The notes: generated from the letters alone by a model not told the origin. Shown: positions 30,007-39,939, numbered from the stretch's first letter. The stretch is DNA of 64,000 nt from an uncultured Candidatus Saccharibacteria bacterium (GCA_964474825.1 CAYYWQ010000001.1:820152-884151); one strand, 5' to 3'. Made by a program: numbers and translations.

Positions 30007-30598
30007 CTCCTCCTCCTTATTTTTCTATAATCTGCGGAAAGGGCGTGGGCAAAATAGGCACTTTAAAAGGGACGCCGACCGTCCCTCTCTTATATTAAAT
30101 TTTGCCAAAACCTTTTCCGCAGACAAATTTTGTAGAAACAAGACTGGCAACTGGCTGGATAACCCTCCAATCGCCAAACTTTTTCCTGCAAACTTATTTT
30201 CACAATTGTGGGTCTAAACAAACGGATGAGGCCAAAAGGTCTAAAGCGACCTCATATAAATTCGCCTTCCTGTTAGGCCCACTATAGTGAAAATAAACTA
30301 AAAACCGTATATTCAATACAGGAGAATCAATTAAAAATTATTCTTGTATGCAATATACGGCTTTATTGCGCCGCCGATTCGGTTTAACGAAATCAGCAGC
30401 ATGTTGTTTGTCCCCACACCAATCTCCATCAAATCTTTTCTAACAATAATTGAATCTCTTAAACTAGTGGGAAATTTTATTCTTAACTAACCTGGTGAAG
30501 ATTAGTGTAGGGACACCCGTATATTCTCCTGCAAAAACAGACGGATACTATATTTGTGTTGTAAAAGAAAAATCATGCTACATTTAGCATGACCAAAC

Positions 30599-30627
30599 AT
30601 TCTACACCTTTTTCACCCTTTTGTCAA
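30599..30627 (-). promoter_or_regulatory. sigma70 promoter TTGACA-17-TAGAAT upstream of the small-peptide array
   Basis: Minus strand TTGACA aaagggtgaaaaaggtg TAGAAT. Confidence 0.75.
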
Positions 30628-30678
30628 GAGTTTTTAAGGCTTTGATAAAAACTTGGCTTATTTAAGATAATATTTTAA

Positions 30679-30975
30679 TTAATTAGCGTGTCTTTTCTCC
30701 CATTCGTTGTGTAAATCTACCCACATTTTATCCAACTCCATCGTAATCACGGCTTCCTCATTTGGGGTGATAAGTTTCGGCCTTTTATCAATCTTTTTAT
30801 AAATAAACCAATAAATATTTCGTATCCGCTCCTTAAGCCAATCATCAGTTTCTAAGGCCGCAATCATTGCCCGCGTTTGCGTGAGATTTAAATAATGAGC
30901 GTGCAAAATCATATCTTTAAACTCTTGGTCTGTAGGATCTTCCATACCCTCTGGAGTTGGAAATTCTCTCGCCAT
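30679..30975 (-). CDS. Hypothetical protein
   Basis: 98 aa ORF downstream of the groEL terminator. Confidence 0.55.
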   Translation of the reverse strand: MAREFPTPEGMEDPTDQEFKDMILHAHYLNLTQTRAMIAALETDDWLKERIRNIYWFIYKKIDKRPKLITPNEEAVITMELDKMWVDLHNEWEKRHAN

Positions 30976-31010
30976 AATATTTATAATTTAGTATTTCACT
31001 ATTATAATAG

Positions 31011-31053
31011 CAAAACCCGCCTCTATTCGCCAGTTGGCGATGAGGCGGGTTTG
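31011..31053 (-). terminator. groEL terminator
   Basis: AAAACCCGCCTC..GAGGCGGGTTT stem. Confidence 0.7.
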
Positions 31054-31101
31054 TTCCATCTGCTTTAAATCCGCGTTGCTATCCCCGTGTAATCTGCGGT
31101 C

Positions 31102-32775
31102 TTAGTAATCCATTCCACCCATACCGCCCATGCCTCCAGGCATGCCGCCTGCTGGGGCTGAGGATTTTGGTTCTGGCTTGTCGACAATTATTGCTTCGGT
31201 GGTAACTAATGTGGAAGCAATGGACACCGCGTTCTCTAAAGCTAAGCGAGTAACTTTAAGCGGGTCAACAATTCCGGCTTTCATCATGTCCGGTTCCTGG
31301 CCTTTGGTCCAATCGGCTTCGTCGTATTTGGTAAAATCATAACCCGCGTGTGTGCCGCCGTTTTGAATGTAGGTAATTACTCCGGTTGGCTCAACGCCGC
31401 TGTTTTGGGCAATTTGCCTAAGCGGTGCTTCCAAAGCTTTTCGAACAATTTTGTATCCGGTCTTTTGCGCGCCGTGGGCTTTGGTCATTTCTTTTTCGAG
31501 CATTGGCGCAATTTTAGCAAGAGCCGCGCCGCCTCCGGCAACAATTCCTTCTTCCACAGCCGCTTTGGTGGCGTTTAACGCATCTTCAATTTTAAACTTT
31601 TTGGCTTTCATTTCCGTTTCCGTAAAAGCGCCAACTTTAATAACGCCCACGCCGCCGGCCAAACGGGCCATGCGTTCCTGGAGTTTTTCTTTGTCGTAAT
31701 CCGAAGTAGATTCTTTAATTTCCGCTTTAATTTGGTTAACGCGGTCTTCAATATTCTTTTTGTCGCCCTGGCCGTCTACAATGGTGGTATATTCTTTGGT
31801 GGCAACAACTTTGCGGGCGCGACCCAGCTGGTTTAATTCAGTCTTGTCTAACTTAAGGCCCATGTCTTCCGAAATAACCTGGCCGCCAGTAAGCACCGCA
31901 ATGTCTTGCAACATTTCTTTGCGCCTGTCGCCAAAACCCGGGGCTTTTACCGCCAAAACATTAAAGGTACCTTTGAGTTTGTTAATGACAAAAGTGGTCA
32001 AAGCTTCGCCTTCCACTTCGTCCGCAATAATAACAATATCTTTTTTACCGCTCTGCGCGACTTTTTCTAAAATTGGCAAAATTTCCTGCACACTGGAAAC
32101 TTTTTTGTCCGTAATTAAAATGTACGCGTCTTCCCAAACAGCTTCCATTCTCTCAGCGTTAGTCACCATGTATGGGTTTACAAAACCTTTGTCAAAGCGC
32201 ATGCCTTTAACCACTTCTTTTTCAAGCCCGGTAGTCTGGCCTTCTTCCACGGTAATAATGCCTTCGTGGCCGACTTCTTCCATAGCTTCGGCAATAAGTT
32301 TGCCAACTTCTTCGTCTAGCGAAGCAATGGTGGCTACCTGTTGGATTTCTTCTTTATTCTTTACGTCTTTTTTTACTTTTATAAGTTCGCTAACGACAAA
32401 CCTAACCGCGCTGTCCATGCCCTTCTTTATTTCGTTAGCTTGGGTTGAGGCAAGAGCCGCAGCTTCAAAGGCTTCCTGGATCATAGTTTGGGCCAGCACA
32501 GTTGCAGTAGTCGTACCGTCACCGGCTGCTTCGTTGGTTTTGTTAGCCACCTCCTGAATGAGTGACGCTCCCACGTTTTCAAACTTGTCTTCAAGTTCAA
32601 TGTCTTTGGCAACGGTAACGCCGTCGTCAGTAATTACTGGACTGCCAAAACCTTTGTCTAAAATTACTGCCTTGCCGGTTGGTCCCAGCGTAACTTTAAT
32701 GGCATTTGCGGCTTTGTCTACACCTGCCTTAATGGCCTGCTTTGCTTCAAAACCGTATTTTATAATTCTGCTCAT
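31102..32775 (-). CDS. groL: Chaperonin GroEL
   Basis: [25 protein letters not shown] and GGM tail. Confidence 0.98.
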   Translation of the reverse strand: MSRIIKYGFEAKQAIKAGVDKAANAIKVTLGPTGKAVILDKGFGSPVITDDGVTVAKDIELEDKFENVGASLIQEVANKTNEAAGDGTTTATVLAQTMIQEAFEAAALASTQANEIKKGMDSAVRFVVSELIKVKKDVKNKEEIQQVATIASLDEEVGKLIAEAMEEVGHEGIITVEEGQTTGLEKEVVKGMRFDKGFVNPYMVTNAERMEAVWEDAYILITDKKVSSVQEILPILEKVAQSGKKDIVIIADEVEGEALTTFVINKLKGTFNVLAVKAPGFGDRRKEMLQDIAVLTGGQVISEDMGLKLDKTELNQLGRARKVVATKEYTTIVDGQGDKKNIEDRVNQIKAEIKESTSDYDKEKLQERMARLAGGVGVIKVGAFTETEMKAKKFKIEDALNATKAAVEEGIVAGGGAALAKIAPMLEKEMTKAHGAQKTGYKIVRKALEAPLRQIAQNSGVEPTGVITYIQNGGTHAGYDFTKYDEADWTKGQEPDMMKAGIVDPLKVTRLALENAVSIASTLVTTEAIIVDKPEPKSSAPAGGMPGGMGGMGGMDY

Positions 32776-32792
32776 AATATTTCTCCGAAATC

Positions 32793-32878
32793 TCTACTAA
32801 ATACTAAATGAGACTAAAAATACTAAATCTAGAAACCTTCGCTTTCGTATTTTTAGTTATTTTAGTATTTAGTAGAAA
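32793..32878. repeat. Periodic (ACTAAAT)n imperfect palindrome between groES and groEL
   Basis: CTACTAAATACTAAA..TTTAGTATTTAGTAG arms. Confidence 0.65.
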
Positions 32879-32882
32879 ATAA

Positions 32883-33188
32883 TTAGTCAATTATTGCTAA
32901 AATGTCAGACTCGTCTTTTTCTTTGCCTACGTATAAAATTTTGTATTCCACTTTCTTGCCGTCTTCGTCCAGCTCAACTTCGTCGCCGGCGTATTTTCCA
33001 AAAACAACTTTGTCTCCTACTTTTAGGCCAAGCGAGGAAATTTCACTGCCTGTCCCCAGCTCTACAATTTTACCAACTGCTTTTTTTTCTTTGTCACCAG
33101 TGTCGGGCAAAACAATTCCGGATTTTGTGACTTCTTCCTGGCTGTCTTGTTTTACCAGCACCCGGTTACCTAAGGGCTTTACTTTCAT
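32883..33188 (-). CDS. groS: Co-chaperonin GroES
   Basis: KPLGNRVLV, TKSGIVLPD, KVGDKVVFGKYAG. Confidence 0.97.
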   Translation of the reverse strand: MKVKPLGNRVLVKQDSQEEVTKSGIVLPDTGDKEKKAVGKIVELGTGSEISSLGLKVGDKVVFGKYAGDEVELDEDGKKVEYKILYVGKEKDESDILAIID

Positions 33189-33237
33189 ATTACTGTCTCC
33201 TTGTTTATTAATGTCTAAGTCTATTTTATAGCAGCAT

Positions 33238-33264
33238 TTATCACTCTGTCAAGTTGAGTGATAA
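33238..33264. promoter_or_regulatory. CIRCE-like HrcA operator TTATCACTC-N9-GAGTGATAA
   Basis: Perfect 9-9-9 inverted repeat upstream of groES; one symmetric change per arm from TTAGCACTC-N9-GAGTGCTAA; -35 TTGACA lies inside the spacer. Confidence 0.8.
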
Positions 33265-33287
33265 ATACCTTATGTTATAATAGCACT

Positions 33288-34022
33288 ATGAGTAATGGTT
33301 ATCAAAATCCTAAAAAAGCCCAAATTTACGAGGATTTTTTAGCTTCCACCAACGGGCAGATCCAGCGGGAAATTTTAACCAAAGCCCTCTTGTCTGCCTT
33401 ACCAAGCTCCCCTCAAACGGCTATTCTCGATGCCGCCTCCGGCAATGGTTGGCTGGCTGCGGATTTAAAAAACATTTATGACAAGGTATATGGCTGTGAC
33501 GGATCAGCTGCTCTCATAAGCAGTGCGCGTCAGCGCTACAAGGCCGTAGAATTTTCGCACTGCGACTTGTGCGGCGACCTTCCCTACCCGGCCGGATTTT
33601 TTGACGCCGTAATTCTAAACATGGCCGCGCCGGACATAGAAGACTTAAACACCGCGGTAAAAAACTTAACCGGCAAATTAAAATTCGGCGGCAAATTTCT
33701 AATGACCATACCCAACCCCTACTACAGTTACCCTGTGGCGGTTTGGAAAAGATCTTTGATTGATGTGTTATTATTCCGTAAACCGCAGTTAAAAATAAAC
33801 CGCTCGTATTTTGGCCCTAAAGAAATCCAAAGGGAATTTAACGGGAAAAAAATTGACTCTCATTTTTATACAATGAGCGATTACTTAGGTCCCGCGGGCA
33901 ACGCCGGCCTTGGGCTAACAAAAATCCACGAACTAAAAAGCCAAACTGATGGTAAACAGTTTGACTTAAATTATGAAATGTATCGTTTTCCGCTTATTTT
34001 AATGCTGGAATTTAAGAAGTAA
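33288..34022 (+). CDS. Class I SAM-dependent methyltransferase
   Basis: ILDAASGNG, YGCDGS and PAGFFDAVI motifs; start placed at MSNG. Confidence 0.85.
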   Translation: MSNGYQNPKKAQIYEDFLASTNGQIQREILTKALLSALPSSPQTAILDAASGNGWLAADLKNIYDKVYGCDGSAALISSARQRYKAVEFSHCDLCGDLPYPAGFFDAVILNMAAPDIEDLNTAVKNLTGKLKFGGKFLMTIPNPYYSYPVAVWKRSLIDVLLFRKPQLKINRSYFGPKEIQREFNGKKIDSHFYTMSDYLGPAGNAGLGLTKIHELKSQTDGKQFDLNYEMYRFPLILMLEFKK

Positions 34023-34030
34023 TCCCAGTG

Positions 34031-34136
34031 TGTCATTCCGAGGAGTGCAGCCGACGAGGAATCCCTTAAATCTAATTCTTGAATAAGGGATCCCTCCGCT
34101 CACCGTCGGATGCACTCCGGCTCGGTCGGGATGACA
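34031..34136. repeat. GTCATTCCGAG..CGGGATGAC palindromic intergenic element
   Basis: Terminal TGTCAT/ATGACA inverted repeat with an inner GGAATCCCTT/AAGGGATCC stem, between convergent genes. Confidence 0.7.
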
Positions 34137-34142
34137 GACATA

Positions 34143-35054
34143 CTATTGTACGAAAAACTTGGAAAGCAAACTCTGCTGTTTGCTCTGCGGGTGAAACGAA
34201 AGCTCGTCTTCCCTAACCAAAATAAATTCTTCCTGGCGGATTTTAGGTAACTGCCAGTTTTTTAATTTAATTTCCAGCCATTGCCCGAACCTACCGGACA
34301 ACAGCTTTTCCAATATTTTTTGAGCTGATGATGTCTTCACCTCATCGTGAACTAAAATTTCAAAATTTGGTAGAAAGGCCGCAATCCACGAGCGGTTTTT
34401 TTGTTGGAATTCCGAAATTATTTGACCGTAAACCAAAGGCCGCAGTTTAGCATATTCCCAGGCAGTGTATAAATTTTTTAGCTCGTTAATAGTTTTAACC
34501 CCGGCCAAATAGTGGTTCAAACAAAACCTGTTGGAAATGTTTTTTCCATGCCTGCGTTTGCCCAGTAACTGAAAGTAAGCAGTCACTAAGGTTCTGGTAA
34601 GCCACAAAAATTTGGGATGTACTATTATTAGTAAGTCTATGTCTGAATCTATCTTCTGAAGTCCCATAGCCTGGCTCCCGGCTAAGCCTACGCCGCGCAC
34701 AAAGGGTATGTGCCGCAGGCCCTTGGCAAACCAGCGTATGCTCCGTTCCCTTTCTATTCCATAAAGATAGTTAGCCAAACGCCTGTCTATAATTTCAATC
34801 CGTCCTTTTAAACTATAAAAACCGTTTTTTTGCTCTATATTGTCTTTGCATTCTTGGTTTAAGCACAATAAAATTTCATTTATGCCGGTCTTTTCTTGGC
34901 TATGATTGTTATCTATCAGCTCCCATTCTGTATTAACCTGATGCTTTAAATCACTCACATCCCTAAGCAAAAACTTATACAATTCCAAAAGCGTCAGCGG
35001 GTAGTCCTGCAAATCAAAAAAGCGCAAAGTAGATAAAATTCGGTCTTTGAGCAT
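34143..35054 (-). CDS. Nucleotidyltransferase-domain protein
   Basis: GLAGSQA..DSDIDLLII (GS..DxD) motif; start placed at MLKD. Confidence 0.7.
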   Translation of the reverse strand: MLKDRILSTLRFFDLQDYPLTLLELYKFLLRDVSDLKHQVNTEWELIDNNHSQEKTGINEILLCLNQECKDNIEQKNGFYSLKGRIEIIDRRLANYLYGIERERSIRWFAKGLRHIPFVRGVGLAGSQAMGLQKIDSDIDLLIIVHPKFLWLTRTLVTAYFQLLGKRRHGKNISNRFCLNHYLAGVKTINELKNLYTAWEYAKLRPLVYGQIISEFQQKNRSWIAAFLPNFEILVHDEVKTSSAQKILEKLLSGRFGQWLEIKLKNWQLPKIRQEEFILVREDELSFHPQSKQQSLLSKFFVQ

Positions 35055-35056
35055 AA

Positions 35057-35401
35057 TTACAGCCCTAATTTGTCCAAAGTTATTTCGTCCCACTCGTCAT
35101 AGTCCACTTCTTTGTAGACCTTTAATTTGTGGAAAAATTCCGTGGCGGAAAATTTATACTGGGCCTGAGCACTTTGCCCCGCGCGGTGGGAGTACAATTC
35201 TTTTTTTTCTAAAACTACAGGGCGGTTCTCGCGGATTAATTTAAAACGGCCCGCAGGATTTTCAAAAATTAAAATATCCTGCGTTCCCTGCTTAACAGGG
35301 CCATCCTGTGTGTCCATAATTAAATCTTCAGAGGTAATTTTTACACCCTGAAAATTCTTTTGCGCCGCCTCCACTAATTGTTGCCATTTTTCGTCTGTCA
35401 T
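35057..35401 (-). CDS. Conserved-looking hypothetical protein (MTDEKW..)
   Basis: ORF in operon context. Confidence 0.7.
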   Translation of the reverse strand: MTDEKWQQLVEAAQKNFQGVKITSEDLIMDTQDGPVKQGTQDILIFENPAGRFKLIRENRPVVLEKKELYSHRAGQSAQAQYKFSATEFFHKLKVYKEVDYDEWDEITLDKLGL

Positions 35402-35478
35402 AGAGTATTCGCGAATATACAAATAAAAGATAATATACGAATTCGAATATTTGCGCTAGATTAGTATATTAGGGATTA

Positions 35479-35709
35479 CTACTGCAGTCCTCCCCCATAA
35501 ATCCCGCTCAGGCTGCTTAAAGACTTCATTACAATAGGAATTAAAATTACCATGCCGAGCAGAGGCAAAACAATAAGCACAATAGTAATATATAACTGCC
35601 ACTTCATGTAAGTCATGGTCTTGTGTGTGTTGTTGTAAATAGCCAAAAGCATTTCGTCAGTCGTGGGCTTTTGCGGCTGCGGGACTTGCTGATTTTGTTC
35701 TGTTTCCAT
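35479..35709 (-). CDS. Small membrane protein
   Basis: 76 aa with one long TM. Confidence 0.65.
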   Translation of the reverse strand: METEQNQQVPQPQKPTTDEMLLAIYNNTHKTMTYMKWQLYITIVLIVLPLLGMVILIPIVMKSLSSLSGIYGGGLQ

Positions 35710-35763
35710 ATTTTATATTTAGATTATTAGTTAAATACATTATACTTAATACCCTACACAATG

Positions 35764-36690
35764 TCACATTTGGCACATTGGACAAAAACTGCCAGTACGT
35801 CCGCCAAGTTTTATGCTTTGTATTACGCTCCCGCATTTCTTACACTTTTGGCCCTTACGGCCGTACACAAAGTGATGCTTGCCCATTTGGCCCCAGGAGC
35901 CATCTGTGCGGACAAAATCACCTACCGACGAACCTTTCGCCGCTATGCCTTTAAGTAGTACCGGCTTAATGTGTTTATAGATGGCCTTTAATTCCGTTGC
36001 TGATAAAGATTCAAAGCTCCTGGTGGGCCGCACGCCGGCGTGGAATAAAATTTCGTCGGAATAAATGTTACCAATTCCAGCCACGACTTTAGGATCCATT
36101 AAAACCAACTTAATTTTTCTTTTAACTGACTTTTTCACGGCCGTGAAAAAGTCAGTTATTTTGAATTTGCTGTCGAGCGGTTCCGGGCCGTATTCGTTAA
36201 GTTCTTTCACCTGGTTAATTTCGTCGTCTTTTACCAACTTCATGTAGCCAAATTTCCGCACGTCGTTAAAATACAAAATGGAGCTGTCTGTAAAATAAAA
36301 AATGACATGAGTGTGTTTTCCGGGCAGGCTAACGAACGGCGCGTTTAATTTGTTTAGCATTCTGTATTTCCCACCGGTTTTTTTGCGTAATGTTTTGTCC
36401 TCAAAAATAAACTGTCCGGTCATTTTTAAATGTACTAAAAGGGATAAAGGTCCTGATAAATCTAAAATAAGCAGTTTCGCCCTCCGCTTTACTTGGCCAA
36501 AGCGTTGTCCTGTTAGCATTTTTTTAAAGAGCTTTACTTTGGAATTATCGGCTTTTCTAATATTGCTCACGGTATTAGGTCCTAACGCAACCATTTTGGG
36601 CGCGTTAACAACCACGGACTTAATTGTCCGGTTTTTTAATTTGCGATTAAGTTCGCTAACTATGGTTTGGACTTCAGGGAGTTCGGGCAA
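35764..36690 (-). CDS. mutM: Formamidopyrimidine-DNA glycosylase
   Basis: PELPEV N-terminus (TTG start), HLKMTG, GIGNIY and C-terminal zinc finger. Confidence 0.96.
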   Translation of the reverse strand: MPELPEVQTIVSELNRKLKNRTIKSVVVNAPKMVALGPNTVSNIRKADNSKVKLFKKMLTGQRFGQVKRRAKLLILDLSGPLSLLVHLKMTGQFIFEDKTLRKKTGGKYRMLNKLNAPFVSLPGKHTHVIFYFTDSSILYFNDVRKFGYMKLVKDDEINQVKELNEYGPEPLDSKFKITDFFTAVKKSVKRKIKLVLMDPKVVAGIGNIYSDEILFHAGVRPTRSFESLSATELKAIYKHIKPVLLKGIAAKGSSVGDFVRTDGSWGQMGKHHFVYGRKGQKCKKCGSVIQSIKLGGRTGSFCPMCQM

Positions 36691-36704
36691 GAAAAACCTT
36701 TCAC

Positions 36705-36795
36705 CTGTCTTTACTAACTACTAATTTTTACGAATATACTAATGCTAGTATTTGGAATTAGTATATTCGTATCCATTCGTAGTTCGTAAAGCCAG
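36705..36795 (+). repeat. 91 bp empty copy of the GxxExxY-flanking inverted-repeat element
   Basis: 39 bp arm (36/39 to 17454-17492), 13 nt spacer GCTAGTATTTGGA, 39 bp arm. Confidence 0.85.
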
Positions 36796-36868
36796 TAAAT
36801 TTATGTTTCCATTATAATTCCTTTTCCTTCACCTGTCTAAAACATCCTAGAATTGTTATAATAACTTT

Positions 36869-38377
36869 ATGGGAAAATCTTTCTTAAACTCTATTCCTCA
36901 TAAATTCACCAAAGAAGAAGAGCAACTGCTTCTCCATGCCTTTGAATTCGCCAAAAAAGCCCATGAGGGACAAAAGCGCAAAAGTGGCGAGGAGTACATT
37001 ATTCATCCCGCTGAAACAGCTTTAATTTTAGGAAAAATTTTTCCAGACACCAAAGCCTTAGTCGCCTCGCTACTGCATGACGTTCCCGAAGACACCCAGG
37101 TAACTATAGAACAAATTAAAAAAGAATTCGGCGAAGAAATTAGCCAAATTATAGACGGTGTTACCAAACTGGGACAGGTAAGACTGCGCTCAAGCAAAGA
37201 CAAATTTTACATAGAAAATTTGCGTAAGTTGTTCATTGCCACCAGCAAAGACATTCGCGTTATTTTGGTTAAACTGGCCGATCGGCTTCATAACATGCGC
37301 ACCCTGAAGCACATCCCCCCGGAAAAACAAGTTAAGGTCGCCACTGAAACTTTAGAAATGTACGCTCCAATTGCCAGCCGCCTGGGCATTAGCTCCTGGA
37401 AGGACGAACTGGAAGACCTTTCTTTTAAAATTGTTTTTCCAAAAGAATATGAGGAAACCAAAATTACTTTGGACCAAGAGTTGGAGCGGCGCGGCGCGGA
37501 TATAAAAGAAACCCAGCGTCTGCTGGAACACATGCTTAGGACCGAAGGCATAAAATTTTTGGAAGTTAACGGGCGCGTAAAACGGCTTTATTCCCTGCAC
37601 CGGAAACTGCAGCGCTACAAAGGCGATATCCAGAAAATTTTTGACGTAGTGGCCTTTAGGGTCATTACCAAAGCTACCACGGACTGCTACGCGGCCTTAG
37701 GCGTTATTCATAAACATTTCCAGCCAGTACCGGGAAGGATTAAAGATTACATTGCAACACCCAAACCCAATGGCTACCAGAGCATTCACACCACTGTATT
37801 TAACCAAAGCGGCCAAACCCTGGAAATCCAAATCCGTACCGATTTAATGCACGAGGAGTCTGAACGTGGAGTAGCTGCCCATTGGTTTTACGAGGAAGAA
37901 GGCAAGGGCGATTACACAACCAGGCTGCAGGCGCCGTGGATTAAAGAACTTTCCGCCTGGCAGGACCTGGCCGACGACCCCGAGGAATATTTGGAAAGTT
38001 TGCGCATAGATTTTTTCCGGGACCGGATTTTTGTATTCACTCCCAAAGGCGACATCAAAGACCTCCCTCTTGGCGCCACAGCAATAGATTTTGCGTTCAA
38101 TGTCCACACCGACCTGGGCTACCACATGATGGGCGCCAAAATTAACGACAAAATGGCCAGCATTTATGACGAACTGGACAACGAAGACACAGTGGAAATT
38201 ATTAAAAGCAAAAAGCCGGTTAAAATTTCCCAGGACTGGCTTAAGGCCGCAAAGACTTCCAGCGCCAGAAACAGAATTCGCCACTACCTAAACGAAAACA
38301 ACAGAGGCATTATCCAGCGGGTTAAAGAATTAAAACTAAAAGACCTCTCCCTCCCGAAATTTTTTAGAAAAAAATAG
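36869..38377 (+). CDS. rel: RelA/SpoT homologue (HD hydrolase + synthetase + TGS, no ACT)
   Basis: LLHDVPED, KLADRLHNMRT, KDYIATPKPNGYQSIHT, EIQIRT and VFTPKG motifs. Confidence 0.93.
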   Translation: MGKSFLNSIPHKFTKEEEQLLLHAFEFAKKAHEGQKRKSGEEYIIHPAETALILGKIFPDTKALVASLLHDVPEDTQVTIEQIKKEFGEEISQIIDGVTKLGQVRLRSSKDKFYIENLRKLFIATSKDIRVILVKLADRLHNMRTLKHIPPEKQVKVATETLEMYAPIASRLGISSWKDELEDLSFKIVFPKEYEETKITLDQELERRGADIKETQRLLEHMLRTEGIKFLEVNGRVKRLYSLHRKLQRYKGDIQKIFDVVAFRVITKATTDCYAALGVIHKHFQPVPGRIKDYIATPKPNGYQSIHTTVFNQSGQTLEIQIRTDLMHEESERGVAAHWFYEEEGKGDYTTRLQAPWIKELSAWQDLADDPEEYLESLRIDFFRDRIFVFTPKGDIKDLPLGATAIDFAFNVHTDLGYHMMGAKINDKMASIYDELDNEDTVEIIKSKKPVKISQDWLKAAKTSSARNRIRHYLNENNRGIIQRVKELKLKDLSLPKFFRKK

Positions 38378-38475
38378 CTACCGAACTACGAAAACAAAAA
38401 CACTACAGATACCTACAGAAAAGTACTTAATTTCTGTAGGTATCTGTAGTGCAAAAAATCCTTAGTTCGGTAGCT
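38376..38475. repeat. CACTACAGATNCCTACAGAA-family palindromic element
   Basis: Long imperfect inverted repeat between the rel and ndk stops; related copies at 48902-49022 and 26798-26842 (half). Confidence 0.8.
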
Positions 38476-39073
38476 AAAACATTATATCTTCCTCAGCGCG
38501 TTTGTATTCATGAATTTCGTCTTTAGCAAACCAAAGGCCAATTTCGTTATTGGCTTCGTCTGTTGTTTCAGAGGCGTGCATGATGTTATGGATGGCGCGG
38601 CGTTCAATGTTAGCCACAGAAGGGCTGTCTACGCTGTAATCGCCCCTTATGGTGCCCATTTCCGCAAAAACCGGTAAAGTGTTACCAGCCAGCTTACGGA
38701 CCATGTCTATGGCATGAATACCCTGGACCACCATGGCTACCACTGGCCCGGACTGCAAATATTTAAACAAACTTTCTTTTACCATTTTACCAAGTTCTTT
38801 TGGGTCAGCTGTTCCCTGAGCGGCAACCGGGTCAATGGCGTATTCAGTAAAAGTTTTTAAAGTTTTAGTCCCCAAGCGTTCCACCCATTCCTCGCTTTTT
38901 GGAAAATGGTTTTCCAAATGCTCGCGGCCAACCTGGACCATTTTCATGGCAATGACTTTAAGGCCGCGGTGTTCAATGCGGCTAACCACTTCACCAATAA
39001 GGCCGCGCTTTACGCCGTCCGGCTTAACCAAAACTAATGTACGTTCCTGTTTGATTTGCAAATGTTTTTCCAT
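38474..39073 (-). CDS. ndk: Nucleoside diphosphate kinase
   Basis: ERTLVLVKPDGV, GTIRGD and NIMHASE motifs. Confidence 0.95.
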   Translation of the reverse strand: MEKHLQIKQERTLVLVKPDGVKRGLIGEVVSRIEHRGLKVIAMKMVQVGREHLENHFPKSEEWVERLGTKTLKTFTEYAIDPVAAQGTADPKELGKMVKESLFKYLQSGPVVAMVVQGIHAIDMVRKLAGNTLPVFAEMGTIRGDYSVDSPSVANIERRAIHNIMHASETTDEANNEIGLWFAKDEIHEYKRAEEDIMF

Positions 39074-39087
39074 TTTAATCCTTTTAA

Positions 39088-39178
39088 CTGTTTTTACTAA
39101 CTACGAATGCGTACTAATATACGAATTCCAACCTTTAGCATTAGTATATTGGTAAAGATTAGTAGTTAGTAAAGGCAG
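39088..39178 (-). repeat. Second 91 bp empty copy of the GxxExxY-flanking element, opposite orientation
   Basis: 39 bp arms plus a 13 nt spacer whose reverse complement is GCTAAAGGTTGGA. Confidence 0.85.
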
Positions 39179-39183
39179 AAGTG

Positions 39184-39939
39184 TTATTTAATAATTTTTA
39201 CGCTCTCCATAACTACAGGAGTTACCGGTGCGCCGTCGCCCGGAGGGTTTGTTTGAAGCTCACCAATTTTGTCCACTACGTCCTGCCCTGCTTTAACTTT
39301 GCCAAAAATTGTGTAGTTGTGGGGCATCCAGGAAGTTTGATCACCCAGCAAAATAAAGAACTGGCTGCCGTTGGTGTTAGGGCCTGCGTTGGCCATGGCC
39401 AGCACGCCTTTTACGTAACCTGTTTTGTAACTGGCAGTTTCCGGATTCAATTCGTCGGCAAATTTTTCGCCAAACGCGCTTACTCCTCCGCTGCCGTTAC
39501 CGCTTGGGTCTCCGCCTTGAATGACAAAACCTTTAGCCACACGGTGGAAAGTTAAACAATTATAGTACCCCGAGTCTGTTAAGCGCAAAAAATTCTCCAC
39601 GGTTTTGGGCGCGTCTTTGTCAAAAAATTCCAATTGAATCTTACCAAAACCCTTAACATTTATTTCGGCTATGCGGTTTAAAATATTCACTTTGTTGTTG
39701 GTTAATTTTGTCTGGCTAAAATCTCTGGTACAGCCGCCGACTGCAACAGGGGTTGACGTTGCGGTGTCTGCGGTAGGAGTAGGCTGAGTGTCTACAGGTG
39801 TTGGATTTAACATTTCGTCTGTTACAACAGGCTCAGTACCGCTTACAGTGTTGTCACTGCGGTAGCGAAAAAAGGCAACAACTCCGGCAAAAACTAATAA
39901 AATTACTACAATACTAATAACTAAAGTTTTGTTGGACAT
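39184..39939 (-). CDS. Membrane-anchored cyclophilin-type peptidyl-prolyl isomerase
   Basis: APKTVENF, FHRV, VIQGGDP and AMANAGPNTNGSQFFI motifs; N-terminal TM. Confidence 0.95.
   Translation of the reverse strand: MSNKTLVISIVVILLVFAGVVAFFRYRSDNTVSGTEPVVTDEMLNPTPVDTQPTPTADTATSTPVAVGGCTRDFSQTKLTNNKVNILNRIAEINVKGFGKIQLEFFDKDAPKTVENFLRLTDSGYYNCLTFHRVAKGFVIQGGDPSGNGSGGVSAFGEKFADELNPETASYKTGYVKGVLAMANAGPNTNGSQFFILLGDQTSWMPHNYTIFGKVKAGQDVVDKIGELQTNPPGDGAPVTPVVMESVKIIK

Noticed and set aside
17454-39178. Periodic TACTAA repeats as a CRISPR array
   Set aside because: They are dispersed inverted repeats with no regular repeat-spacer structure, and no cas genes are present.
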